A DNA stretch of 63,107 nucleotides, the filler included, from Craspedostauros australis (taxonomy: Eukaryota): NCBI GenBank assembly GCA_030167865.1. It is 9 parts of 9 records of this genome, joined end to end, with 100 filler letters (N's around TTAATTAATTAA, not from the genome) between each part and the next. Parts side by side here need not be neighbours in the genome. Positions count along the whole stretch, not along the records: positions 17,334 to 48,636 come from JALAGF010002195.1; 8 more parts are not named here. The stretch is one strand, 5' to 3'. This document shows positions 34,983-46,752 of the stretch, in pieces. The notes under the pieces are model-generated. The model did no database searches and was not told the origin of the DNA. It saw only the letters and a list, made by a program, of their open reading frames with translations. Position 1 is the first letter of the stretch. Every line of letters starts with the position of its first letter. Both the position numbers and the translations under genes were made by a program.

Positions 34983-35563
34983 TGCTTAATCGTCGAGGTG
35001 TGAAGTTTGATTGGATTGCGGTGCGAGTGCGATGTGGTGAAGTTTGGACTGCAACAGAGTGCGGATACTTTCGCTCCGCTCCTGGTATTGTTTTGGCTGT
35101 TTGTGTCAGCAACGAGTAGTAGTATGGTGCTCGTCGGAGCAGGGGCATGGAACACTGTTCTTGTGTGCTTCTGCCGTGCTTGTTGTGTTCGTTTTGTATT
35201 TGTCGGTTGGTCAGGTTTCGGTGGAGTGGGCGATGATGTGGTTGTGTCAACAATCACGCCGACGAATGAAGCGGCATGCTACACAAGAACGAAGCAAGAT
35301 CAACATCCCACCTTCGCGATGTCGCCACCCGTTGCGCCCATCGATCCTCGACTTACATCGCTAGATTTGGCCAAAGTGAACTATCCACTCCGATTACTCG
35401 CCTGCATGCCATGGGCGCAGAGGAAGATAGGCAGGGGGTGCATTGATAGGGTGTTCTACGCTGTACGAGTACTAAGTTAATTGTCGTTCAAGGCTAGCTG
35501 AATATCTCATGGTTTGGTTCTGCAATTGGAGGTGGCAGTGGTGGAGGAGCCACGCCTCCCCAT

Positions 35564-36737
35564 TCATGGCCACTGCGTCTTCTCCCAAACCTTGAGGAGG
35601 ATTGGGATGCCGCTCACGACCTGCCATCCGAACATGCCGATTCCGGCAACGTTGGCGCCGATGTGGACCTTGCGCGCAGTCTCGTCACCTTTCTGCATGG
35701 CTGGGACGCATGCGAGGGCCAGCGCCCACAGGCAGACAAGGCCTGCGCCTGCGTAAAGATGTGGGCCTGGGAAAAGTTTTCCAGCACGCGCGTATGTATT
35801 CAATGGACCCTGCAGTGTGAGAGATCGATATCGTATGGCATACAGTGAATATTTGTAGGTACGGTATGGCACGTATGTGCATTCGTATAGCAATTGTTTG
35901 TGTGCATGTGTTGTGAGTTGGACGAAAGCGAAGGAACAATAGTGAGAAAATAGCAATTGCAAGCATGGACAGATTGGAACAGATGAGTGAGCACCGTGCG
36001 TGTGGCATGATGAGTCAAAGGATACTCGTCTTGGAGACAATTGCAGGATTCGGCGCATGCAGTTCGTTGCAGAGAGTAGAGCCCGTTCGGCGTACCTCAA
36101 TGGCAAAGCATGTTCCCAAGAATGCCAACAACGATCCCTGGCTGAAATGCTTGTCGCGTGGCTTGGAAGCAGTCAGTTCCTTGCGTTCCTTCTGGAGTTC
36201 TTCCACTTGAGACTCGACAGCGAGGGCGCTCTGCAAACTGGCAATTCGTGCCGCGTCTGGCGTCTCGGCGGACTTGGCCGCGAAGAGCGCCTCCGACACG
36301 CTTGCGGCTCCACCAAGATTTGGAAGCGTCTTCTTGAGGTCCGAGATCTCGTCTCCCATAGTTCTTTGGCGTCTCCACTGGAAGCCAAGGAAGGCGGTGG
36401 AGAGACTGAACAGGGCGAGGGAACCCATCATGATTGGATGCAACAACGATCCGGTCTTTCCCTCGAACAGACCCCAATCAGGGCCTGCGGCGAACGCGGC
36501 GGAGGATGTGATGGCCCAGAACGCAGCCGTGATGGCTGGCATCTTGGCCGCATCGAACTGCTGCGGCTGCTCGACATCTGCGATGCTCTCATTCTCCTCC
36601 TTTGCAGCAAAGAGCTTGGCTCCAACAACGCGATCGCTCTGGCGCGATGCCACGGCGCCGAATTTGTTGTAGGTCGATGGTGTGGTGAATGCCTCAGTTG
36701 CGGCAAGCAGCGACGTGACGAGGATGGAGATTCTCAT
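35564..36737 (-). CDS. DUF4079 membrane protein, plastid-targeted; exons 36737-36096, 35809-35564
   Basis: MRISILVTSLLAATEA|FTTP presequence; LLHPIMM...GFQWRRQR...RDKHFSQGS...GKLFPGPHLYAG...MQKG...ARKVH...WQVVSG; GTACGC..CAG intron. Confidence 0.9.
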
Positions 36738-38418
36738 GGTGATTCTCGAACTTGGAATTGGTGAGATGTGTGCTCTTCTTTGATTCTATTATATGTTCTT
36801 ACTGCTGTGCCTTGTTGTTGTGTCGGCACTCGTGCGGAGATGATGTGGTGAGAAGTGGATGCGTTGTTGTTGGTGCCCGATCCTTCCGTGGGATTGTGGA
36901 AACCGAACAATCGAAAGGAACCGATGCCGTCTTTGCGAGCCAGAAAGATGATGTGTCTGGTCATTCGTCAGCAGAAATGACGCAACGTCATCAAGTACAT
37001 CATCCAAACGTGAATCCCGAGTTTAGATACAAACGGGAATTGATGATGTGTATCCACGACTCGGAAGCGGGTGCTGTCCCTGATGCTTGTTCCTTGTTTG
37101 TTGTTGTTTTCGGCGGAATCTTTTCGGAACTGGCATGGTCTCGACGAAGCTGTTCCTCAGTCTGTGTTCTCACCATCGCTCCCGCCAGCAGCGACGGTGG
37201 CTCCGGAGAAAAGTTGTCGCAAGGTCGGAAGGGTCATGACTGCCAGCATCATCGCTGGCGCCACTGCGAGCGCCATTGGCATTTGCACCACTTTCGAGCG
37301 TAGCAATAGGATGGAATCGAAGGGACGCCGTCTTCAGAAATTCTCAACCACCAAAGCCACCTGCCAACTTCAACTTGGATGGCAATAGCAAACAGAAATT
37401 CAAATCATCATGGATCACCAACATCGACATCGGCGTCTGATGTTACTCCGCACAAATTGCCCTCTGCGTGGACAGGGGATAGAACATTCGGAAAAATCCG
37501 ATCTCCGGCATCAAGGGGAGAACTGATCAACCAGATCTCGAGACACATGGCATCCGAGAGGCCGAGATGCCACACAAACGGAGAGGGTGGTTGTGGCCAA
37601 ATCGGAAGGTGAGCACGAAGGGAGGCACAAATGGGAACTATCGCTCCACGTGTAGGGGATACAAGAGGCTGAAAGTTCGCGATGCTCCTTGCTGACTCCA
37701 GTTGGTTTCCTCGTTGCCGAACGCGCATTCGCTCTTCGTCGCGACCGCCGTTGTCTGGGTTTGCTCTCCTCTCCTCTCGCTTTTGTGACCGTCATCATCC
37801 GAGTTCACGTTTGGGTCTTTGGATTGGGACGATCGCAGCGCGTGACGACACCGATCCGATCACAACACGATCCCACCAGCCGAAATGTGTCAAACAAAGC
37901 GAAGCTTGGTTGACAACGTTTTTATCAACACGAGATACATGTGACGCTCTCGACACAGATGGGGTTCCCAATTAAACCAGAACTTCCGTCACTTCCACCG
38001 CTGAGGCGCCTCGTCACCACAGACACGCGTCCAGCACCTTGGCACCGGCCAAAATGGCAAGGGGAACAAGAACGTATCTTTTGGGGATGGTGTCAACCCT
38101 TTCTCCAACGAACCATCATCAAGGCAACGCCCTCAGCAGCCCCTGATACCGCTGCTTGCGGCAACAGCGCGACAAAGTACATGGTGACAAGACCAGCAGC
38201 AGCAACAACAGCAACAACGAGCGAAGCATCGCCTTTCACAACGGCATCCTTACTCGTACTTGTAGGTTGCTATCACATCCAGGCAGTTGATGTTGATGTT
38301 GGTGCTGATTCTGTTCTACGTATGCATAGGTGTCGGTGTCGATGTCATTATTTCAAAGCAGCTCTCCATGATCATCTCATCTACTCTGCTATCATACCAG
38401 TAGATCTGCGCTATTGTC

Positions 38419-38454
38419 GACGCATTCGAGGACGCATTCGAGGACGCATTCGAG
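38419..38454. repeat. 12-bp tandem repeat GACGCATTCGAG x3
   Basis: Directly visible, upstream of the LRR gene. Confidence 0.9.
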
Positions 38455-38584
38455 GACACATCCACACCCACCCATCAGGAGGATCAGTTTGTATTGAACC
38501 AACACAGGAGTAACACTCGAACCGAAGCAAACGGGCAACAGCACCAACAACAGCGCCACCACCAAGCACAACTCAAGAGCCAGC

Positions 38585-39526
38585 ATGATGGAACTTAGCG
38601 AGGCGTGCGCACGCTTGACGCAGGGTGACTCATCTCTCACCTTGTTCAACATGAATAATCGATGCATTGGCACTGAGGGCATCCGAAAGCTCCACCGCGC
38701 ATGCACGGGACGACACAGCGCCGCTTCTTCCTGCGATGCAAATCCCATGAAGCGATCGTCGACGTCTCCACTATCATCAACAGGACCATCATCATCGTCA
38801 TCGATTGTGATGCTTTGGATGGAAGGCAACCTCATCAACACAACCGGGTGCAAGGAATTCGAGTCCTTCCTGCGTTGCCACAACGCATTGAAGTACCTCT
38901 ACCTCGCGCACAATGCGATAGCCGACGACGGCGTTGCGATGCTGGCACCTTGGTGTCTCAAGAAGTTGGTCACCTGCGACCTGTCCGACAACAGAATCAC
39001 TTCTGCTGGCATGTCGCACGTAGCAGACGCACTACGGGCAAAACATTGCAAAATCAAGACGCTGTGCTTGGAGAGCAACATGGTTGGAGATGAAGGGGCC
39101 ATGATGCTAGCTGATGCGTTGCGGCACAACACTTCTCTTAAATTCATGAATCTCCGTTTCAACGGCATTACGGAACGAGGAATGCAGGCCATCCGCGATG
39201 TGCTCGCGTCTCACAACAAGACTCTGAGGCATCTACAGCTAGACGAGACGGAGTGCATGCTGGGGATGAGCGATAGCCACAGCTCTTACCGTCACGCTCA
39301 CACTCAAGCGGCCGTTCGCCACAACCATATCAACAGCGATCGCTGGGGCGAACTGCGGGCTGAGATTGAGTTCTTTCTCAGGCTCAACGCAGCGGGACGT
39401 CGAGCATTTTCCAACTTGCGCGTCCCTGTCGCGATCTTCCCTCACTATCTGGCGGGGTGCTCACAGGATCACTCGGTGATGTACGCCCTGATGCTGGGGC
39501 GACCTGACATCCTCGAGAGAAAGTGA
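38585..39526 (+). CDS. Leucine-rich repeat protein (ribonuclease-inhibitor/NLRC3-like repeats)
   Basis: LKYLYLAHNAIADDG, DLSDNRITSAG, LCLESNMVGDEGAMMLADALRHNTSLKFMNLRFNGITERG; C-terminal FLRLNAAGR...MYALMLGRPD cap. Confidence 0.9.
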   Translation: MMELSEACARLTQGDSSLTLFNMNNRCIGTEGIRKLHRACTGRHSAASSCDANPMKRSSTSPLSSTGPSSSSSIVMLWMEGNLINTTGCKEFESFLRCHNALKYLYLAHNAIADDGVAMLAPWCLKKLVTCDLSDNRITSAGMSHVADALRAKHCKIKTLCLESNMVGDEGAMMLADALRHNTSLKFMNLRFNGITERGMQAIRDVLASHNKTLRHLQLDETECMLGMSDSHSSYRHAHTQAAVRHNHINSDRWGELRAEIEFFLRLNAAGRRAFSNLRVPVAIFPHYLAGCSQDHSVMYALMLGRPDILERK

Positions 39527-40108
39527 TGTGATTGGGAACTGGGACACATCTATCCACCATACATCTCCATTACATCATACGACCAATAGTATTGTGCGGA
39601 ATTATCCTTATCCATCATACTCGTACCAATACGAGCGTCGGTACACCACTCTTCGCTGCTCACATGCCGTCGTCAAAATCTGCTACACATAACACCCACG
39701 AATACTCCGTACATAAATAACACCTACCTATCATGCTACGAGTATGCTCATTATCCATGTACACCAGGCCATTCCTGGGTTATAGTCGATGGCACCACAA
39801 TGGCCGAGCATGCTCCTCTAGTATGGGATTCTACTATGCGCTCTTGTCGGTACTCTTTCACACTCTACCACAGTCCAATGCAGAGCATATGGGACGGCAC
39901 CAAGTCAACGCACTCTACGTTCGCGAGTTGAAACAGCAACAATGCATGTGCAGCACGCAGTTGTGTCATATAATAGGAAGGTATGTATCGTCGAATATAA
40001 TGCAATATAATATTTGATAGTGAGAGAGTTTAATGATGGGGTGGAGAACGAAACACTCAGCAGAGCAGAGGAATTCCATTGTCATGGCTGGCTGGCATGT
40101 CATCTTTC

Positions 40109-41119
40109 TCAATCCTTCATCTCGTCTCCGTCTTTGCTTTCCTCCTTGCCCTCCTCCTTTCCTTCTTCTGCTGTCTTCTCTTCCTCCGACGATTCCTGTT
40201 GCTGCGAAGCCTCTTGGGCATCTGGTGGCTGCAGACCAGCCATGGCTCCCTGGAGATCGGCAAGTGTGAGAACACCACCTGCTGCTGTTGCGTCCGCGGC
40301 AGCAGCAGATGCAGTTGCCGCTGCTCCGCCGGATGCCGACCCGGCGGCTGCCGCCGAAGCCTCAGCCTCTCCTGCCTGAGGCATCCCGAGGTTCTCGAGG
40401 ATGCTGGAAAGGGCATCCACCTGCTGCGTAGTCGCAGATGCCGCCGCCGAGGTCGCACTGGCGGCGGGAGCATCCGTTCCCGTTCTGCTCGCGCTGCCAC
40501 TCGCGGTGGCGCTGCTGCTGGACGCTTCCTGGGCACCCGCTGCTGGTTCCGCAGGCTTGGTTGGGTGCTTGAGGATGTCGTTGATCTTCCCCACAAGACC
40601 CTCTTCGATCTCCTTGTCTTGCAGCCACAGCATCTTCCATTCGTTGTCCAACTTCCAGTAGTACACCTCGCGGCACGGGTTGTCATCGTCGTCGATGGTG
40701 CGGGTGTTGGTCCTGTCATTCGCTGTTGGGGCGGGGCTTGCGGCTGCACCGGCATCTGTATCCGCGGCATCTTCGCCATCATCCATCGGGTCCGCCTCTG
40801 GCTCCTGCAGCGATGGGACGTTGGTCACCTTCTTGAGCGCGATGGGCGACGTGATGCGGATGGTGTCGGACACGGCCTTCTCGCGGCGATCGTACCACTC
40901 CCACAGCAGAGCGTCCTCGCTGTTGTACCGCAGCTGGACCTTGGCGCGGCGCGTGTCTGGAACGCACCAGTACTTTCCGTTCTCCTGCTGCGTCATCTCC
41001 ATCTTTCCCGCCTTGAAGGAGAGCAGAGCCTCGGGCTCCTGTCTTGCGGAGGCTCCTCCTGGTCCTCCCATGGCAGCGGCCCCTCCACCGCCCAACGCGT
41101 CAAACAGTTCCGAGTACAT
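40109..41119 (-). CDS. RPN13: Proteasome ubiquitin receptor Rpn13/ADRM1 (Pru domain)
   Basis: LLSFKAGKM...VPDTRRAKVQL...WEWYDR...MLWLQD...KINDIL followed by an Ala/Ser-rich linker. Confidence 0.8.
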   Translation of the reverse strand: MYSELFDALGGGGAAAMGGPGGASARQEPEALLSFKAGKMEMTQQENGKYWCVPDTRRAKVQLRYNSEDALLWEWYDRREKAVSDTIRITSPIALKKVTNVPSLQEPEADPMDDGEDAADTDAGAAASPAPTANDRTNTRTIDDDDNPCREVYYWKLDNEWKMLWLQDKEIEEGLVGKINDILKHPTKPAEPAAGAQEASSSSATASGSASRTGTDAPAASATSAAASATTQQVDALSSILENLGMPQAGEAEASAAAAGSASGGAAATASAAAADATAAGGVLTLADLQGAMAGLQPPDAQEASQQQESSEEEKTAEEGKEEGKEESKDGDEMKD

Positions 41120-42498
41120 CCTTGCGTGTATTGTTTGTGTTGTTTGTGCTAATTGTGCTGTTGCTTGTGTTCACTTCGGGGTCAAGGGTTGCTGTGTTCC
41201 GTGTTGCAACGGCAGGGAGGGAAGAGTGTTTGTGCAGTAACCGTCGTGGCTCTGTGGTCATGTTTGTTGGTGTTGATGCTGTCCACGCGATTGTCCCTCG
41301 TTGTGCGGAACGCAGTGATGGATTTCGCGGGGAGGATCCTCGAGCGTCGATCCTTCCAACGACATCGACGATGTTCGTGAGACTGTCTGTTTGTTGACCG
41401 TGTCTGTTGCAGACATTCACTGTCTGTCAGTTTGAAGTGTTGCAACAACAACAACACTTGCGGGCTTCTATGTTCGTTAAGTGTCCGTAAATTTGAACTG
41501 TCTGAGAAACCTCTTCAAGACCACGATGCTCATTTATGGTACTCGGAGATCAGAGCCCAACAACTTAGTATCATTTTCGTGGATGCAAAAGCTCTTGCAT
41601 CGGATGGTGGCGGAACAGAAATCAGGATTGGGAGTTTCTGGCGCGGTTCTTGTGGAAAAACAGAACACGATCTTTTCGTCCAGACAAGTCTCACATCACC
41701 ATGGACCTACGAACAGTTCTCACTTCAGTGTCATTCGCCACCTTGGACGAACACGAAGCGAAACCCAAACATCATGAAGGGCACGTCTGTCTTGGAACGC
41801 TCCAGCCAACTTGACGCGAGCACGAGCCGCAAGTTGTGCTCTCTGATACGACGCGAGGTACAATGGGAGGAGCAAGGATGCAGTGTGCGAATAACGAAGG
41901 ACCAGTTCACCCGCGTCTCCTCATCTCGATTCGTGGGGTGCCTGCCGCGTCAATCTGATGTCGATGTCGATGTTGAGGTTGGCAGCGATGACGACGATGG
42001 TGGTGGTGCCAAAGAACACTTGGGGACGACACGCCACGGATAGATGATACCACACCGTGGCAACGAGCAAGACCAGCCCAAGAGGATTCAGCAACGAGTA
42101 CGGTACGAGGACGCAGGCGTTTGGAGAGCTCACCCCTGTTCGTGCACTCGACGATACCGTGTCGCTGAGATTGGCGTCAAAGGTAGATTCGGTGATGGAG
42201 AGAAGCTGGAGACGATGCCAGTAGAGACGATAGCGACGGAGACGATGGATGGCAATACGCACGCACACAAGTGAGGCCAGAATCAGCACCAACACCGACG
42301 TCGACCTCGATACCGACAGCAGAGCTCTGGAGGGTCAACACAAATTGGTACACCAACCGAAGTGACCACGATACCCATACAAGTGGCACATCACCTCTCA
42401 GCGTGCAGGAAGGCAACGTAACGCAACACAACTTGACGCAAGCAAGCAAGCAGCAAGACACACCGGCAAGTACAATCCAGCTCCAGAACAAGGACGCC

Positions 42499-45400
42499 AT
42501 GAGCTACAATCGGGAGACAATGGACGAAGCCGGCGCTGTCACTACCAACGCCAACACCAACGCCAACACTGAAGAAGGTGCCAATCCCAGCGGCAGTCAC
42601 GGTAGTCACCGTGATGGCATGACGGAGGAAGGTTCTCGGAATAGTTGTATCCAGCTGCCATTCCACAAAGTCGGGCTCGTCGGACGGGAGATGGAGATCC
42701 GACTCCTCAGCAAGGCGATCGAGAGTTCTTCAAAAAAGGCAAAGTCGACGAGCTTCTCTGCCATCCCAAGGCAGAACCCACAAGACTCACCGAGACCGTC
42801 ATCGAAAAACCCACAAGAAGCCCACAATGATCATCGGGAGAAGCTGAGCATCATCGCACATGGCGATGCCGGTGTCGACATGGCCATCACTCGGGCATCC
42901 AAGGATTGCATCGCCGATCACATACATGGTGACATACATGATGACATGGATGCAATCACCCACCACAGCACGGCTAACCAGAAGGCGAAGAAGGGCGACA
43001 TTAGAACGCTCGTGCACATCGCAGGACAATCCGGCAGCGGCAAATCCGCCCTCGTCCAGCATGTGAAGCAACATTGCCTTTCCGGCAACATGAGCGGGGG
43101 TGTCCAGGGCCCTCAATCTGCAGGCAGAGTTCGATCAAGCCGGCTCTTCGCAAGCGGCAAGTGCGAGCTGTCAACCAAGAACGAAGGAGTCCCGTTCGCC
43201 GGCATCCAAACCGCTATGATCGAGCTCTGCCAGCAGATCGGGGCCAGTATCTTACAACCAAGCGGCACGCGGTTGGAGCAGGGTGACGATCCTCCCGCAG
43301 CTGTCTTTCACGATGATACGGCGGCGCACAAGCTGCGAAGCCTGTTATCGAAAGGACTTTCCGTACTCGAGGTGCATCTTTTGTCGCACGTCATCCCGAA
43401 CATTGATTCCATCATCAAAAGCCACGTGCGTCGGCATCCCAGTTCTATCGACAACTCGACGAAAGTGCCACCATCACCAGCATCCGCGCTGACGTCGCTT
43501 TCGCACAGCATCGCCTCAGATAGTTCTCATTCCGTTTCTATGTTCAACCGCGGAGATGACCTCGCTTCTGTGGGTTACCGAGAACACACGGATAGACTCA
43601 AATACGTCCTGCGTCGATTCATGCAAATCCTCTGCAAATCCTGCTCTGTAGTCCTTGCGATCGACGACCTCCAATGGGCCGATCAAGCCTCGCTGAGCCT
43701 GATCCAGTCATGGTTGCTGGACAACCGCAACAAATCGTTGACTATCATTACATCGTACCGCTCCAACATGCTCGACAACAACCAGCACCTGAGGGCAACA
43801 TTCGCATCGCTGGAAGAGTCGAAACGAGAACGATCCATCCGCATCATCAAGATCCGTATCGAGGATTTAGACGTTGAGGAAGTGACAGAGTACCTGACGA
43901 AACTGTTCCTCATGTCCGCAACGCCAACCGCGCACACCGAGGATCCCGAAGGTTTCGTCTCCCTACCGACCGATCGCCTCCGATCGCTGGCACTCGTTGT
44001 GCATGAGAAGACGGGAGGCAACGTACTCTTCATGCAGCAGTATTTGGAATCGCTGGTCAAGGATGGCCTCATCACCCACCAACCGATCTCATCGACCATC
44101 CCGCACACAATCCCGTGGGAATGGGATATGGACAAACTCACCAACAATACTGCCACTTCTTCCAGCAACAGCGTCATCGACCTCATCAAGTCGAAACTCC
44201 AGAAGGTGGTCTCCGCTCGTCAGGTTCTGCCGATCGCTGCATGCCTGGGTGCAACGTTCTCTCTCTCCAATGTGTGCCTCGCGATGAAAGGCCTATCGAT
44301 CCACTCTGACCATTCCGGGTTCTTCCGACGTGTGTTTCAGATCACGACATTCTTCAAGGACTCAGAGATCCGGCACATGCTGAATGTGTGTTGCAACGAA
44401 GGGTTGATTCGCCAAACCTCCCGATCAGGCCAAGCCAGCGCTCCCCGCTCGCCGAGGAAACAGGCCTCGGATCACCAGACCAAGAGACCATCGGCCACGC
44501 AACAGTACTTCTTCGTCCATGACAAAGTGCAAGAGGCTGCGCTGGCTATGGTCACGAAAGATGAAGAGCTTGCCGAGCTCAAGTACCGGGTCGGCGAGAT
44601 CCTACTGTACGGACAGTCGGCCAGCGATCTTCAAGACAAGATCTTCACAGTCGCCAACCTCCTCAACACGAGGCCAGATCTGATGCCCACCTGTGAGCAG
44701 ATGGACCGCCGCATAAAGATCATCATGCTGAACTATCGGGCTGGTCAGCAGGCGGTGCAGGTCTCCGCATTCCAACTGGCTTCCAACTACTTCGCCACAG
44801 CCATTGACCTCCTCCCTCACGATCATTGGAAGGTATCGTCGACGCAGAGCCTTGAGATGTTTTCATCCGCCGCCGAGAGCGCGTACATCATGCATGACTT
44901 TGACAAGGCGCGATCGTACTGCGCGGCGATCATCGATCAGGAATGCAACATCCTTTCCAAGGTGAGAGCCTACCATGTCTTGGTTGACGTATGCCTCGCA
45001 GACACGAGCAAGGGGGAGGAAAGCGGTGCAATCAACATTTGCTTCGACGTTCTGTCGCAGCTAGGTTGCAATTTCCCCAAATCCAACTTTGGCCAGGCGC
45101 GCTATGTCGCGAGGAACATGTTGATGGCAAAATCCACATCACGTAGATTGGAACGCGACATGCGTGATGCAATCACCTTTTCCGACGACAGCTACAACGA
45201 CGCTGCTATGAGGACGCTGGACAAGCTAACCATGGCAGCATACTTGATCGAACCAGGGTTGGTACCGTTGGTTACTCTCAAGATCCTGAACAGGAGTCTA
45301 AAGCACGGCATCTCGACGCAGTCAGCACCGGCATTGGCCTTCCAAGGTATCATTGTTGGCTTTGTTTTGGGAGATTTCGATCGAGCCGAGAAATGCGGCA

Positions 45401-46359
45401 AGCTGGCGCTTGACGTGCTCAAGGTTTCCGACGATCGTAGCCTCGACAGCCGGACACTGCTTTACTACTACATTCACATCTACCATTGGAAGCATCCGCT
45501 GGAAACGATCATCGATCCTTTGTTCGAGGCGTACCGATTGGGCATGTCAACAGGTGATGTGAGTGCGGGAATGTGGAGTCTATTCTCCTATTTCGCCGCT
45601 TCGTATCACAGCAATAGGTCGTTGGAGACACTGGACGCAGAATTATCAACGCACACCAGAGTGATGAAGGACTTTCGGCAGGAGTCGCAGCATCTTGTCA
45701 CACGCATGGTGTGGCAAGCTGCCCTCAACCTCAGAGGGCAGTCCAAGCATACTACTCAGCTCATTGGCGATGCCTATGATATCAGGCAGGCGAGGGCCAC
45801 TGGTGATATCTCCAAGCTCGAAGGAATCTCACACGACATGACCAGTCTCCTCCTTGGGGCTGTGTTCGGCGAGTACGAAGCTGCTGCTCAGACTGCGCTA
45901 ACCTGCTGCTGGAATTGGCTCGATACCATGCCATCCAGTTACTCCCTCGTGCCAACCATGTTCTGTTCTGCATTGTGCTGCTTCATCGCGTCACGTAGCA
46001 GCACGACGAATCAACGAAAGTACAAGATGATGGCCCATCGATGTCACTCAAAGTTGAAGGAGTGGCAGAGCAAAGGCAATCCTAACGGTGATCATCTCAT
46101 CGTACTGCTCAACGCCGAACGCAACTTCCTTCGAAGGCGACACAAGAAGACCAGCCAGTATTACCTGGAGGCCATCCGGCTGGCAAATGCACGCAGATAT
46201 CGTCGCGACGAGGCGATGGCCAACGAAAGATATGCCATGTTCCTCGCACATCGAGGCGATTTCACCAACGCCTCAATCTACATGGACGAAAGCATTCGGC
46301 TGTATGGAGAGTGGGGCGCTCATGGAAAAGTCCAGCAGCTCATGAAAGCGAGAAAGTAG
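42499..46359 (+). CDS. Stand-alone STAND-like P-loop ATPase (COG3899/AAA_16 type) with helical TPR-like C-terminus
   Basis: LVGREME, Walker A GQSGSGKS, Walker B LAIDDLQWAD, HEKTGGNVLF, FVHDKVQEAA, LNYRAG, EAMANER...YGEWGAHGKV; intronless. Confidence 0.88.
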   Translation: MSYNRETMDEAGAVTTNANTNANTEEGANPSGSHGSHRDGMTEEGSRNSCIQLPFHKVGLVGREMEIRLLSKAIESSSKKAKSTSFSAIPRQNPQDSPRPSSKNPQEAHNDHREKLSIIAHGDAGVDMAITRASKDCIADHIHGDIHDDMDAITHHSTANQKAKKGDIRTLVHIAGQSGSGKSALVQHVKQHCLSGNMSGGVQGPQSAGRVRSSRLFASGKCELSTKNEGVPFAGIQTAMIELCQQIGASILQPSGTRLEQGDDPPAAVFHDDTAAHKLRSLLSKGLSVLEVHLLSHVIPNIDSIIKSHVRRHPSSIDNSTKVPPSPASALTSLSHSIASDSSHSVSMFNRGDDLASVGYREHTDRLKYVLRRFMQILCKSCSVVLAIDDLQWADQASLSLIQSWLLDNRNKSLTIITSYRSNMLDNNQHLRATFASLEESKRERSIRIIKIRIEDLDVEEVTEYLTKLFLMSATPTAHTEDPEGFVSLPTDRLRSLALVVHEKTGGNVLFMQQYLESLVKDGLITHQPISSTIPHTIPWEWDMDKLTNNTATSSSNSVIDLIKSKLQKVVSARQVLPIAACLGATFSLSNVCLAMKGLSIHSDHSGFFRRVFQITTFFKDSEIRHMLNVCCNEGLIRQTSRSGQASAPRSPRKQASDHQTKRPSATQQYFFVHDKVQEAALAMVTKDEELAELKYRVGEILLYGQSASDLQDKIFTVANLLNTRPDLMPTCEQMDRRIKIIMLNYRAGQQAVQVSAFQLASNYFATAIDLLPHDHWKVSSTQSLEMFSSAAESAYIMHDFDKARSYCAAIIDQECNILSKVRAYHVLVDVCLADTSKGEESGAINICFDVLSQLGCNFPKSNFGQARYVARNMLMAKSTSRRLERDMRDAITFSDDSYNDAAMRTLDKLTMAAYLIEPGLVPLVTLKILNRSLKHGISTQSAPALAFQGIIVGFVLGDFDRAEKCGKLALDVLKVSDDRSLDSRTLLYYYIHIYHWKHPLETIIDPLFEAYRLGMSTGDVSAGMWSLFSYFAASYHSNRSLETLDAELSTHTRVMKDFRQESQHLVTRMVWQAALNLRGQSKHTTQLIGDAYDIRQARATGDISKLEGISHDMTSLLLGAVFGEYEAAAQTALTCCWNWLDTMPSSYSLVPTMFCSALCCFIASRSSTTNQRKYKMMAHRCHSKLKEWQSKGNPNGDHLIVLLNAERNFLRRRHKKTSQYYLEAIRLANARRYRRDEAMANERYAMFLAHRGDFTNASIYMDESIRLYGEWGAHGKVQQLMKARK

Positions 46360-46752
46360 ATGTGCGTGTTTCTGCTCAACCCGTGTATCGCTCTCCATAC
46401 TCGTACAAACGTTCAGATTAAGAGTTTCCATTCACAAGATTACATCGTACCGGCAATGAGATTTCTGCTCCTGTTTCTGTCATTGCGCTCATGATCTCTC
46501 CTTTGGCGTTCACCAAGTGTTCTATCCTCATATCTCTCCGGGAGCCAGAACCTTCGAAGGTGGGTGTAGTGATTGTTACGTTGCAGCTTCAATTGACATT
46601 AATATTGCTTGCGTTGGTCTTGCTGCCTGCTGCAGACATCGCCTTCTCCAGCAAGGCACTGGCCTTTTTCTGCATGGAAGACGCCGCACCAAACATTGTC
46701 GAGCCATGCGATGATGCCAACTGACGCGCCGATCTCTCGTGCGGTGATGTGC

